Part shown: in pieces, positions 47,901 to 54,691 of the stretch
How the letters are laid out: every line of letters starts with the position of its first letter
Numbering within the stretch: the first letter of the stretch is position 1
IMG/VR virus record: IMGVR_UViG_3300042567_000475
Coordinates: 1 to 61,489 of that record
Length of the DNA: 61,489 bases
Reading direction: 5' to 3' (one strand)
Origin: a virus
Taxonomy: Duplodnaviria; Caudoviricetes
The notes under the pieces: model-generated
Database searches by the model: none
What the model saw: the letters and a program-made list of their open reading frames with translations, nothing else
Told to the model about the DNA's origin: nothing
Program-made: the position numbers and the translations under genes

Positions 47901-49258
47901 GCTTGAGATCCATCCTTAATAATATTATTAAACAAAGCTCCAAGTCTTGCATACTGGTATTTTCCAAATACCTTTTCAAGTGCTTGTTGTTTTCCAAATT
48001 CATCTAGAGTAGCTAATGCTCTAGCAAAACCTTGAACAGTTCCCATAAGATCTCCGCGATTTGCGTCAACAATTGCATTGATATTTATACCAAGTTCGCC
48101 TAGCTTTTCTACTGCTCTGTTTGTTGGGTTAATCAAAGAGGCAAGACCAGATTTTAATGCGTTTGCTCCTTGAGCAGCAGAAACACCGCCTTCCTGCATA
48201 GCAGCAAGCATTGCAGCCATGTCTTCTACAGATCCACCAAGACCTTTAATAACTGGAGCAACTCTTGGAATAGCCTGTGCAAGATCTTGCAGGGTAACAA
48301 CTGTTTGGTTTTCTACCATGTTCAAAAAGTTAATTGTTTTTGTTAAATCTTTACTCTGTAGACCAAAGGCTGTTTGCAAAGCTATTGTTGTTTCAAGTGC
48401 TTCACTTTGTTCCATTTGACCAAGTGTTGCAAGTCTAGTTGCTTCTCTGGTTGCATCAATAAGATCTGCGCCCTGGGAACCAGCAGCGGCAGCTTGAGCA
48501 GCCAGACCAATAGTATCTTTTACTGCAATTCCATACTTTGTATATTCTTTTGCCAATTCCTTAACAGCTTCAAGGTTTGCTTCCATCTCTTCTGGTGGTG
48601 TAAAAGCATCTCCATAAACTTTTCTAAAGTTAATTGTTTCTTTTTCAATTTCTCTAAATACTTTTCCAGATGTGGCTGCAAAAATTGTAAGTGGTACTGT
48701 AAAGCCAACCATAAGCTGACGACCAGCCCACTGAGTATTCTTACCAAAATTAATCATTGATGTCGTTGATTGGGTAAGCATTGCTCTATGAATTGCTAAT
48801 TTTTGTGCTGAAACTGCTGCTTGAGAATTAAAGGCTTGAAGAGGTCTAATTGCAAGTGACTCTCTAAATCCATTTGCTGCTGAACCAGTGGCTATAAATT
48901 GAGTTTCTAATGCTGATGCACGGGCATTTGCCAATGATAGGACTGCTGCTGCTTCATTGCTACCCTTTTTAAATCTTGCGTTAAAGAATTGACCTATTGT
49001 TCCTTGTCCCTTTTGAAGAGTCTTGTCTAGTCTAGAGGCAGCGGTTTGCATCCTTACTGTTTCTGCACTAAATAATCCTCCAGCATTAACCATCTCAGAA
49101 AGCTCTGATGCAAGATTTTTTGCTGCGCTAGCTTGAACTCTATTGTTAGTATTTAAAGCTGACTGAAATGAGTTTATCTGAGCCTGAAGCTGCCTAAGAC
49201 TTTGAGCAGCGTCACTAGTATTGATGTTGACATCAATATTAACTCTAGTATTTGCCAC
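38897..49258 (-). CDS. Tape measure protein, 3453 aa, with internal enzyme-like cassette
   Basis: Follows tail chaperones; N-terminal TP901-type core, TM segments, coiled coils; three PGEFV modules. Confidence 0.93.
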   Translation of the reverse strand: MANTRVNIDVNINTSDAAQSLRQLQAQINSFQSALNTNNRVQASAAKNLASELSEMVNAGGLFSAETVRMQTAASRLDKTLQKGQGTIGQFFNARFKKGSNEAAAVLSLANARASALETQFIATGSAANGFRESLAIRPLQAFNSQAAVSAQKLAIHRAMLTQSTTSMINFGKNTQWAGRQLMVGFTVPLTIFAATSGKVFREIEKETINFRKVYGDAFTPPEEMEANLEAVKELAKEYTKYGIAVKDTIGLAAQAAAAGSQGADLIDATREATRLATLGQMEQSEALETTIALQTAFGLQSKDLTKTINFLNMVENQTVVTLQDLAQAIPRVAPVIKGLGGSVEDMAAMLAAMQEGGVSAAQGANALKSGLASLINPTNRAVEKLGELGININAIVDANRGDLMGTVQGFARALATLDEFGKQQALEKVFGKYQYARLGALFNNIIKDGSQASRVMDTAALSAAQLAASATKELGAIEDSSATKFVAAMERLKLAIAPIGEMFTQLAIPVLEFLGSLVEKFNSLPDFAKKFIGFGTVITGILIPAGTMFLGLLMNLTGTLIKFGNVIGVAFKGFTKGGISGSIQAVSQTLKYMSLAEMDAANAAMQLGQSTEFVNMALRDQPLAAGVASTAVDELAASYQILAARMMDASKASVAGGAFAIPGAAMTRARGGSSNLAGRPLPIVARNSGGTIPGVGNRDTVPAVLTPGEFVVNKKATQENFSLLHAINSGKPVSMLNTGGGAGMTAAMQRVMARVQTQRQEAATIPIAMGGRGGTRKTQASNAASSRSSQDLYNTLTGKYQKGQNVRVDTLRFAVERLGFSPEQLGLKTRGNLTFRMSQDSNLAMMRGDLTRDNLLKELNTPDVYSPLAKQLDSYLGAKLDRNVFDRIYKEEILKLPMTGITNGRFEKASRNAVRKYLDSAGFPKTRRNDFIRDVLQGDAVNANASLPLIKQTLDARGIQYSSGKNKKDLYVDMDGRQINIGNLAGREAGNLGRPEGVLDYAGLRGSGQATHANKGGMIPGVQYANIGMLMKNFQRLSGSSRGLLPGWLTGTGGGLQKNDRKRIMGSSSSLGRDVLDESMLSAEFLQRGHVAKGIKIDDERTYHPGLMIWQSPRVNQGLKGGPSFGKITGEDIYNDLANTPAHPFSLQLEAARRLGIPDTISIPAIERSYNDARNIFGSIGETPLKPGEFDNIFTDILKRNLPEKLYDSLRMQGTSRLKSTGKSSGRYVMSESSQLNMGGMISMLGGGGIAAAANAARGARGRIPANIVEWFSRMTTSISQSNRDDMLQNIPANIKRGLSTSRKKIDITRGSVDPISGGTLKEVSSWSTGKGVGRFIESSRLFDKMNNSKFQIAQRSQGMKRDIDWLRSLGPDGPHPLKTWSPFNQENGALGLRLTPEEIQASGGVIWKANKKKLEERIKRDQEFIAGHQKIIDDLQESNIPTIYKTSIKKGEKYFDVSGRIVPRDEQRINNPAASNEILDEKEVALLGARLTGRPKTRIVEREEAQARYDKAKEEIKKIRMAIVRGEVSRDKAKPDLDRLYDESENMAAFVNWGRGREVSYPNVVSKLNMGGILPQMRNIGGEIFDSTKTSRNIVPGVGNKDTVPAVLTPGEFVINKDATKKNLDLLRSVNNGTLMGYAEGGDIIGFGADGKPIKDPEKAKALAQKGSPIYEYQSDAVLGRNAMDDKTIGREIGRAIAIRRTTTTRQRGFSSRTLGFGKENKANSAIGRGLQSMGGMKGMGASMGIGMAGGALMMGAGSVGESNAGLGAAMNAGGMALSMGSMLPMLGPMLAPLAAIALPAAAVAAALAAVGAGLYIWRKSVDDAATKAAEFGANIGATANALNTMAQVLGTETPAQARQKAVMGISSEEEATIANEFSGVFESGAGQKFIEDLQNSTSAERFQKLSDYLKTAIASGMMDQKAATTFAKAVGLKLGDSVLSNQAVSSISGQKTGTSAIKEIADMRKAAVDADGSLAKLAVSSGEASLSNETAGRAIGAATQIIQDYGNVIGVAEQQYAEGTIGWNEYHTAITEARTAQEQYTNVIKKSVSNAAEQGAARQALDQQMVAAGYTEDQVGAITNSTNIGTSSLGFSESKDYLRPALSLLSGNLVGAALGMVDVITPSQSAYQKEFVKQQADVQFDKSFGELDSTQQTSLVEESKEAQDLAREVDLEGLNEAIKASVLAGDMTAEQAAQFGQEIMYNVDALKALRDGASIATAQFITFAQNIPGITKGQSSDVVTIGKEFEAAGGNTALIENYIASLPENLLKTGIETLKSAGIQTGDTGRNIISPEEQERRRTDIAFGLQSLSGSVGVEQAVAIQKSDAYGKAVREVDGSEKINKAFARAAEGGVVEKVIRYVIQTEGENTPAEMISSITKLTIAQEDIMSLPDEMIKGLKIDTTDPADLLKFGAAAKTLKDQWKIIENLNPNINMTAAMEFLTLDAEGKPLTPEQVSKNVIKLNKAMKDLESGNSEIRKKAMIDIAVAYSGKNIAGGTPQEAAANAIAGLREQFKNFDKLDPVVQEQMIEIRMGYEVKNLSLVMQLNSAMAALKTATDAESRQIILKRIASLQSQIGTEKALVEATVAPIPGSGSSSGSSGGGEKSIAQQLKEQAKLSGETFKGISNLQNEKGFKNFIAGPFAPEFLEYLRSQGAAGLKLIKGGLEKVKAAYADYQKTKISDAAAMAALTPQALVQESKKTALSSQYNKKLADKGLYEDDINAIRELISDEDLLYAQQLRRKLKDKGTSKEEKREINQKLQAFKEAREAAERDAPIINQAQKISGSITDMKTQTSLLVAELGFINEGKTPELAAALAAAGLKAGDATGKVELLTDAYNKLKAAEYARDPGRLEQEKRDNLMEIKDVQRQIEEIEIVKPLEDLVEAQQKIIDGQEKIVRGKQQEVDIIGRNIELKQRELEPLDDQIEKLQELSDKTSEAYDAQIEALDEIYNREENIAKLKQGQLDVAQALSRGDVAAAAQGALGMSQELARQSREEARSALESQKEKATQNIQNKILEIEKQKKKINKDIEDLQMRQRVIQDEIYIIQSTKILPAENKIYDLQIQINNEADRLATKYNNAAEALENLRVKLKDLQKDQDRLNKTIPGDNAGETEATPAEPAPDPYPIGQSGMLLNPAGPALTTGGGYLGGSGGGGSNSVNIPPVKTLTPSAPSAPTPTADQSQRLADAARLAAAARAAAEAAAKRVAGPSAADRAADAAAAVRDAAAARAAAEAAANAAKARAAAQAKANEAEAQRAKAAAAAAADRARAAAEAAAKRVAGPSAADRAADAAAAVRAAANAAKARAANRAFGGFISNYAIGGMVNYKGSTERAPGMMYGGSAKKYAYGSIVPGRGMTDKVPALLTPGEFVVRKRVAEQYGPLLELLNGQVFPTMKTNSFNSSNKTEKSGSMYNYNVNVTLNGSDMDANDVANAVMQKIKMTENKGIRSNNIRG
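39371..39676. repeat. Two identical 87-bp direct repeats (39371-39457, 39590-39676) in an Ala-rich GCT/GCA tract
   Basis: Both encode ARAAAEAAAKRVAGPSAADRAADAAAAVR. Confidence 0.9.
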
Positions 49259-49259
49259 T

Positions 49260-49631
49260 TTAAATTACCTCATAGTCAAGTCCTGCGCCAATTCCGAATC
49301 CAGTTCTTGAGGCATTTTTGCCACGAAGAGTAGTTATGTCCTTTGGATCGTTTGACGCGCCCTTGCTATTAGCCTTTGCTTTTATTTTTTCCCATGTGTC
49401 CATGGCATTGGATTTTGATTTATCAATATCTACACCTTGAATTGCTGCAAAGAATTTCTTGTTTTCATAATCTTCTTGATTCTTTGCTTCAAGGATTGCG
49501 ACTAGTTCTGGCATTGATAAATTATCCTCCAATTCTTGGTAATCTTTCCAGTGTCCCAGAAGGAATACCCTTGATTCTAGTACGACGAGATCTAGCTCTA
49601 GCCAGCTAGAGCCGCCGCCAGTGCGTTTGGG
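49260..49631 (-). CDS. Tail assembly chaperone, -1 frameshift extension (gpT-like)
   Basis: Frame opens exactly at the slippery site and continues ...WLELDLVVLESRVFLLGHWKDYQELEDNLSMPEL. Confidence 0.85.
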   Translation of the reverse strand, partial: PKRTGGGSSWLELDLVVLESRVFLLGHWKDYQELEDNLSMPELVAILEAKNQEDYENKKFFAAIQGVDIDKSKSNAMDTWEKIKAKANSKGASNDPKDITTLRGKNASRTGFGIGAGLDYEVI

Positions 49632-49927
49632 TCATTCAACTTAATACCAGATGCTACTTCAATAATTTTGTACACCGTTGGTAGATCAATGACCTCTTCT
49701 AGCTTTTCTTTTGTTGCGTAATCCTCGTTGTACTGCTTCATTGCAATTACTGCACAATCAAGAAGCAGGTCCATTGACTTAATGTTGTCAGATGCAATAT
49801 CTTCATCACCAATCTTCTGGAACTCCTTCATAAAGTCACGAAGAAGTGTAATCTTTAGTGGTCGCATCTTGATGTTTACTCCATCAATTAGCTCTACTTC
49901 TACTGTTTCATATACGCTCGTTGCCAT
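49598..49927 (-). CDS. Tail assembly chaperone (gpG-like)
   Basis: Between major tail protein and TMP. Confidence 0.85.
   Translation of the reverse strand: MATSVYETVEVELIDGVNIKMRPLKITLLRDFMKEFQKIGDEDIASDNIKSMDLLLDCAVIAMKQYNEDYATKEKLEEVIDLPTVYKIIEVASGIKLNDPNALAAALAG
49625..49631 (-). other. -1 ribosomal slippery heptamer C CCA AAC
   Basis: X XXY YYZ in the correct phase near the end of the chaperone gene, with a downstream hairpin at 49595-49612. Confidence 0.85.
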
Positions 49928-49972
49928 TATAATCCTTTCTGGGGTTATATATAAATTATATCATAGGCATGT

Positions 49973-50016
49973 AAAAACTTAGCCCGTCCAACCTTTTGGC
50001 TGAACGGGACTAAGTA
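49973..50016 (-). terminator. Intrinsic terminator after major tail gene
   Basis: ACTTAGTCCCGTTCAGCC-AAAA-GGTTGGACGGGCTAAGT then TTTT. Confidence 0.8.
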
Positions 50017-50045
50017 TATATTATTTAGTTTTTATTAAATTGTTA

Positions 50046-50729
50046 TTACGGACCTAGTACGCGGTCTACGATCTTGCCGTATGAACCATTTGATGCTGGT
50101 AGAAGACGGAAAGATACCTCGAACATTGTTGGCTCGTCACGTTTTGCTGAAGCCGTTACACTCTCAATTGAGAGGGCACGGTGAGCAACATAAACACGCT
50201 CAACGCTGTCTGCACCTGTAGCTGCTGGATCGCCAGATCCTGGACCTACAGCTATAATTGCACGTTCTAGTGGAACCTCACCAAGATTACCAGATTGAAT
50301 AACCATTGATTTCTCATCTGGATCATTGTCATCATAGTCTGCATCAGAACCTGCTGTTGCTACTACTAGATTTTCTAGAGTACCTTCAGCAAATGCTGTT
50401 ACTAGGTTGACCTGCATACCCTGCTTGTATAGACGAGCTACGTCAAGGAGCTGATCTACCTGAACCTCACCGAAGTCTGGCTGGAACTGAATTTCTAGAC
50501 CGTTCATAGTAAAGCCTACGTTTCTCCAGTTGGCAGAAGCTCCCGCTGCTGACAATGAATCTGCGTAACGTGTTCCATCAACGAATGCTGGAATATCAGA
50601 TGCTCCTGCTCCATCAAATGCGTATACTGCTGGTGTTGAACCTTCAACATACTTAAGTGAAGATGATCTTGCTACGAAGATCTGAGCTGCACCTACGATA
50701 ATATTTCTTGAATCACCTAAAGTTGCCAT
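50046..50729 (-). CDS. Major tail protein
   Basis: NIIVGAAQ.F...W.NVGFT..G...VDQ; position; followed by terminator. Confidence 0.85.
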   Translation of the reverse strand: MATLGDSRNIIVGAAQIFVARSSSLKYVEGSTPAVYAFDGAGASDIPAFVDGTRYADSLSAAGASANWRNVGFTMNGLEIQFQPDFGEVQVDQLLDVARLYKQGMQVNLVTAFAEGTLENLVVATAGSDADYDDNDPDEKSMVIQSGNLGEVPLERAIIAVGPGSGDPAATGADSVERVYVAHRALSIESVTASAKRDEPTMFEVSFRLLPASNGSYGKIVDRVLGP

Positions 50730-50832
50730 ATTTTTATTTCACCCCTTATTTCTTTTTTTTTATTTGTATTACATTTATTGCCTTTGTTGCTTGGCGTGGG
50801 GCGTTTCCTCATCTTTATTATAGTGGCATAAT

Positions 50833-51351
50833 TTAGCCATTATTATAGATGTTTGTAGTGTGATAGTCATATTTTATAACGACATTGGTTGAAAATGTTT
50901 TTTGAAGCCCCAGGGTTTCTGTGCTATTGCCTACATAATTAACTTGAGAAGCATTTATGCAATGAAAGTTTATTTTGTTATTCTGTATAGTTTGACCAGC
51001 AAATTGATTTACATCAAATGCCGTTCTATCTTCTCTATCTGCAACATTAATAATAAAATCTCTCCAATAAAAGATCTCTTCTAGACTTGCCCCTCTTATT
51101 GAATACATCATCTGGGCACACTTGACTGGATAAAAATACTTATTGTTTACTCTTCCTTTCATAAAAGAGTCATATATGATGTAAGGTTTAGGTCCCCATT
51201 TTGCATCCCCTGATTTATTATCTGAAACAGGAAAAATTGGAGTGACCCCTGAATATGTTGAAAAAGAAAATCCAGGAACATTAGCTGCCCCGTTAAGCTC
51301 AAATTGTTTCCATATATATTTATTTATTATTGGCTCTACTAGATTACTCAT
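50833..51351 (-). CDS. Probable tail terminator protein
   Basis: PIFP...PYIIYD; position before major tail. Confidence 0.6.
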   Translation of the reverse strand: MSNLVEPIINKYIWKQFELNGAANVPGFSFSTYSGVTPIFPVSDNKSGDAKWGPKPYIIYDSFMKGRVNNKYFYPVKCAQMMYSIRGASLEEIFYWRDFIINVADREDRTAFDVNQFAGQTIQNNKINFHCINASQVNYVGNSTETLGLQKTFSTNVVIKYDYHTTNIYNNG

Positions 51352-52033
51352 AGTCTTCTCCTGGGGAATTTATTATCCAACTTAGAGCTGATTGTCTGCC
51401 AATAGATGAGGCTCTTTTTGATTTTACTGCAGAGTTAAATCCTGACTCAAACTCTCTTGACTTTGTAAAATAATCATAAAATCTTATAGACCTTAGATAT
51501 ACTTGATCAAAGTAATTGTTATAAAACTCTTCAAAGGCTCTAACAAAAGATCCTCTAACTTCTTCCCCTCCAGGATTTTCTATTACAATTGGTCCAGTCC
51601 TAAAAAATTCTTCACCGTCAATTTGAAAGAATAATGCTTGAGCACTTACTTCATTTACCTGAACAGCTATGCCTTCTTCCATTATCTCTGCTTTGTCAAA
51701 GAAAGGCTCTGATCCATTTTCTGGAATGCTTGTTGATGACAAAAAATTTGATGAAACCTGGACTTTCTTTCCAGAAAGAACTTTTTTTAATTCTACTAGC
51801 CTTGCTCCAGGGTCTCCAACCTGCCCCCACTCATATACATGATGAAGCATTCCTGGGTTTGTTCTAGCAAGAACATCAAGGTATTGATAAAAAGCAGAGA
51901 TGCTTGTGCTAGCCAACTTGCTTGCTACATATGACTCTTTGGCTTTAGTTTCTTTTATGAATCCCTCTGAATAATCAACTACATTGTTTAATACCTTCAT
52001 AGCTTCTTTAGAATTTATTTTTATAGTATACAA
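51344..52033 (-). CDS. Neck / tail-completion protein
   Basis: LHHVYEW...F..KA.IME.G; position. Confidence 0.55.
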   Translation of the reverse strand: MYTIKINSKEAMKVLNNVVDYSEGFIKETKAKESYVASKLASTSISAFYQYLDVLARTNPGMLHHVYEWGQVGDPGARLVELKKVLSGKKVQVSSNFLSSTSIPENGSEPFFDKAEIMEEGIAVQVNEVSAQALFFQIDGEEFFRTGPIVIENPGGEEVRGSFVRAFEEFYNNYFDQVYLRSIRFYDYFTKSREFESGFNSAVKSKRASSIGRQSALSWIINSPGEDYE

Positions 52034-52467
52034 GACTGATCATCTGCCCGTCTTAGAAAAATTCTATACCCAAAAAAATTATGGAATGGATCAAACATGG
52101 GCTCTACATTTCCTATTTCAAAAACAGTTGGCTCATCTAAAATTTCAAACCAAACAACTTTTCCGCTTGGGTCTTTTATATTTGTTATTAAAATTTCTGT
52201 TATGGAATAAGAAATATCGTCGCTTGATTTTAATATTTCATCTGCTGTTCTAAAGTCTAGTTTATAAGAATACTCAATAAACTTTTCTGAACTAATAGCA
52301 TTTGCAATAGCAGAGTCTGGTCTTTCTTTTATGGCTGAGCAATTAATTACTCTATCAAAAGACCAAGTGTTTACCATTTCCCCAAATGAACTTTGCTCAG
52401 CGGTAGAGTAATATATATCTGCTGTCATTGGATACATGAGATCTGACAAGTTTCCATTAGGCAACAT
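52021..52467 (-). CDS. Probable head-tail stopper
   Basis: Position and size; beta-rich. Confidence 0.55.
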   Translation of the reverse strand: MLPNGNLSDLMYPMTADIYYSTAEQSSFGEMVNTWSFDRVINCSAIKERPDSAIANAISSEKFIEYSYKLDFRTADEILKSSDDISYSITEILITNIKDPSGKVVWFEILDEPTVFEIGNVEPMFDPFHNFFGYRIFLRRADDQSCIL

Positions 52468-53336
52468 TAGATTACCCCTGGTCGAATTCTATTCTTATAT
52501 CTTATTAGTAGTTTGTCTACAATCAAGTTTCCTGTACCCGCAGAAGATCCTGCTGCAAACTTAATCTTAAATTCTTTGTTATCAAACTCAGTTATGTTTC
52601 TACTAAAGTACCTTGTATTTCCTTGAACTAAATCTTGCATCAGCATTTCACAAGCCTCTTCAATATCTGATGGAATAACTTGATATCCAAAGCTGGCATC
52701 AAGTAGGTAGTCAAATCCAGGAGAGAATGTTACTGCATAGTTTCTATCTCTCCACACCTTGGTGTATTCAACTTTATTCTGAATTTCATCTTCAAGTACA
52801 ATTGAGCTTTTGTCTATGCTTATCTTATATTGTTCATATGAGTCATCATCTTTTATATAAATAACTTCATTGTTCTCCCACATTTGATAAAGAACAACAA
52901 TTCTTTCATCAATGGGTAAATAGTCTATTCCCATTCCAATAACTTCTTTTAGTTTACGAACGAATTGAAAAGACCCTACCTCAGCCTCAATAATTCTTCT
53001 CGCTACTTTCTCTGCTTCTACAGCTTGACCAGTAGTAATTCCAAGTTTTGTTTTTACCGTTGTAAGATCGCAATAGGGCTTTACAATATCTATGCCTGCG
53101 GATAGAACAAGGTTGTTTGATGGGTCATATACGTTTGCAAAAAGATTTACAGAATAGACAAGGTATTTGGAGTTTAATGTAAACCTTGCAACCTTTGAAG
53201 CATTAGATGTTGCTGATGCAGAAAAAGATTCTCCTGTAAATAAGTCTTCATACTGCATAACATATTGTAAAGATGCAGATGGCATTACGAGATCAATATA
53301 AATTGATGTTGTTTCTGGTAGTCTAAGAATTTCCAT
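52467..53336 (-). CDS. Head-tail adaptor
   Basis: PYC...AE..AR.II...GY..IP.DI..A...TGN..VD.LL..Y. Confidence 0.7.
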   Translation of the reverse strand: MEILRLPETTSIYIDLVMPSASLQYVMQYEDLFTGESFSASATSNASKVARFTLNSKYLVYSVNLFANVYDPSNNLVLSAGIDIVKPYCDLTTVKTKLGITTGQAVEAEKVARRIIEAEVGSFQFVRKLKEVIGMGIDYLPIDERIVVLYQMWENNEVIYIKDDDSYEQYKISIDKSSIVLEDEIQNKVEYTKVWRDRNYAVTFSPGFDYLLDASFGYQVIPSDIEEACEMLMQDLVQGNTRYFSRNITEFDNKEFKIKFAAGSSAGTGNLIVDKLLIRYKNRIRPGVI

Positions 53337-53338
53337 TT

Positions 53339-53581
53339 TTATACCTCAAAAGCTGAGGCAACTTCTTGCGGAGTTGCTTGCCTTACCTTATCTGAAATTT
53401 TTAACCACTCTTCAGCTTTATCAGAATCTACGATAGTGTAGCCATTATTTAGTCTTCCAAGAGATGGGTGGAAAATGGAATTAGGAGCAAAGAGCGCAAC
53501 TTTAACTGGATCTGTTTGTGTTTTTTGTATTTTAGATTGTGTGTTTTTTACAGATACCTTTTTTGTGGGACTTGATTCCAT
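53339..53581 (-). CDS. Small head-associated protein
   Basis: AGGAGG RBS; GYTIV...WL...VR.ATP.EVA. Confidence 0.65.
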   Translation of the reverse strand: MESSPTKKVSVKNTQSKIQKTQTDPVKVALFAPNSIFHPSLGRLNNGYTIVDSDKAEEWLKISDKVRQATPQEVASAFEV

Positions 53582-53624
53582 AATTCCTCCTATCATTTAT
53601 TATATCATCTCAATAAATGCTTAA

Positions 53625-53648
53625 GAGGGGAGCCAATCGACTCCCCTC
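53625..53648 (-). terminator. Hairpin/terminator after capsid gene
   Basis: GAGGGGAG-TCGATTGG-CTCCCCTC then AT-rich tail. Confidence 0.7.
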
Positions 53649-53666
53649 CGCTGCATTTAGAAACAA

Positions 53667-54668
53667 TTATGACTTTTCGCCGTAAGCTACTGCGTCTGTT
53701 TCTTCGATCTGCACACCAAAACGAACGAACACTGTATATTCTACTGTGTCTTTCTTTGGCTTGAACTCGCGGTGGACTGTAACATCTCTCTGGAATCCCC
53801 AAATTCTGTTTTCTGGGAATGTTAGTGAGACATAATCATCTGGCATGTAAGGAACTTCCATGATGGGTAGTCCAAGAACGCGGTACTGTAGTGGAGCACC
53901 GACAATCTGTGGAACGCTACCGTCAACAATTCTTTCTACAATTCTTTCGGAATTGAAGTTGCCTGTTTGGGCAAGACTGTTAAGTAGGCTTGAGATTGTT
54001 GGTGAACCTGCATAGAACTTCATTGCAGATCTTGAACCACGGTACTTGCGTGGCATGGCTAGGACAATATCTTGTAGATCCTGTACGGTCCATGCTGAAC
54101 CGCTGGAAGTGACAGATGCTGCCTGGTTTCCTGCGGCTTCTTTTGCATAGAAGCCCTGCATAATCTTCAAGAAGTTGTTTGTTCCTGAACCTGTACCGTT
54201 AATTGCAAGATCTTCAAGATCGTTTGCAAATGCGCGAGTCATAGAGCGAACTAGGTGATCTTCAAGCTGGGCACCCTCGATATTATCTTCGAGTGCTTCA
54301 GTTGCAACTTCCCAGTCTAGTCTAATCTTCTTTGTTACGATCTCTACTTTAGTGAATGCTACGTCTGCGTTTGTGTATGTACCATCAGCCTGATTTGCTG
54401 CACGGATTACACGCTCGCCTACATTTAGCTTCTCTAGTTCTGCAGTGTTAGAACGCATAGTTACTCTACGACCATCTAGAGCTAAAACTTGCTGCTCCCA
54501 GATGTATTCGATGAACTGGCGGGACTGCTCAGGATTGAGAATACCACCATCATCAGTTGTGCTACCAACGACACCCAAATCACCTGCTGCGGGATTTGTA
54601 ATTGCGCCAATACCACCAGAGACTACTACGCCTGCGTCTGCTGATTTTTCTAAAATTTCTTCTGACAT
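53667..54668 (-). CDS. Major capsid protein (HK97 fold)
   Basis: AGGAGGTG RBS before MSEEILEKS; GGILNPEQ..QFI, EALEDNIEG, DLEDLAINGT. Confidence 0.9.
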   Translation of the reverse strand: MSEEILEKSADAGVVVSGGIGAITNPAAGDLGVVGSTTDDGGILNPEQSRQFIEYIWEQQVLALDGRRVTMRSNTAELEKLNVGERVIRAANQADGTYTNADVAFTKVEIVTKKIRLDWEVATEALEDNIEGAQLEDHLVRSMTRAFANDLEDLAINGTGSGTNNFLKIMQGFYAKEAAGNQAASVTSSGSAWTVQDLQDIVLAMPRKYRGSRSAMKFYAGSPTISSLLNSLAQTGNFNSERIVERIVDGSVPQIVGAPLQYRVLGLPIMEVPYMPDDYVSLTFPENRIWGFQRDVTVHREFKPKKDTVEYTVFVRFGVQIEETDAVAYGEKS

Positions 54669-54691
54669 TTTACTTTTCACCTCCTGTTTTA

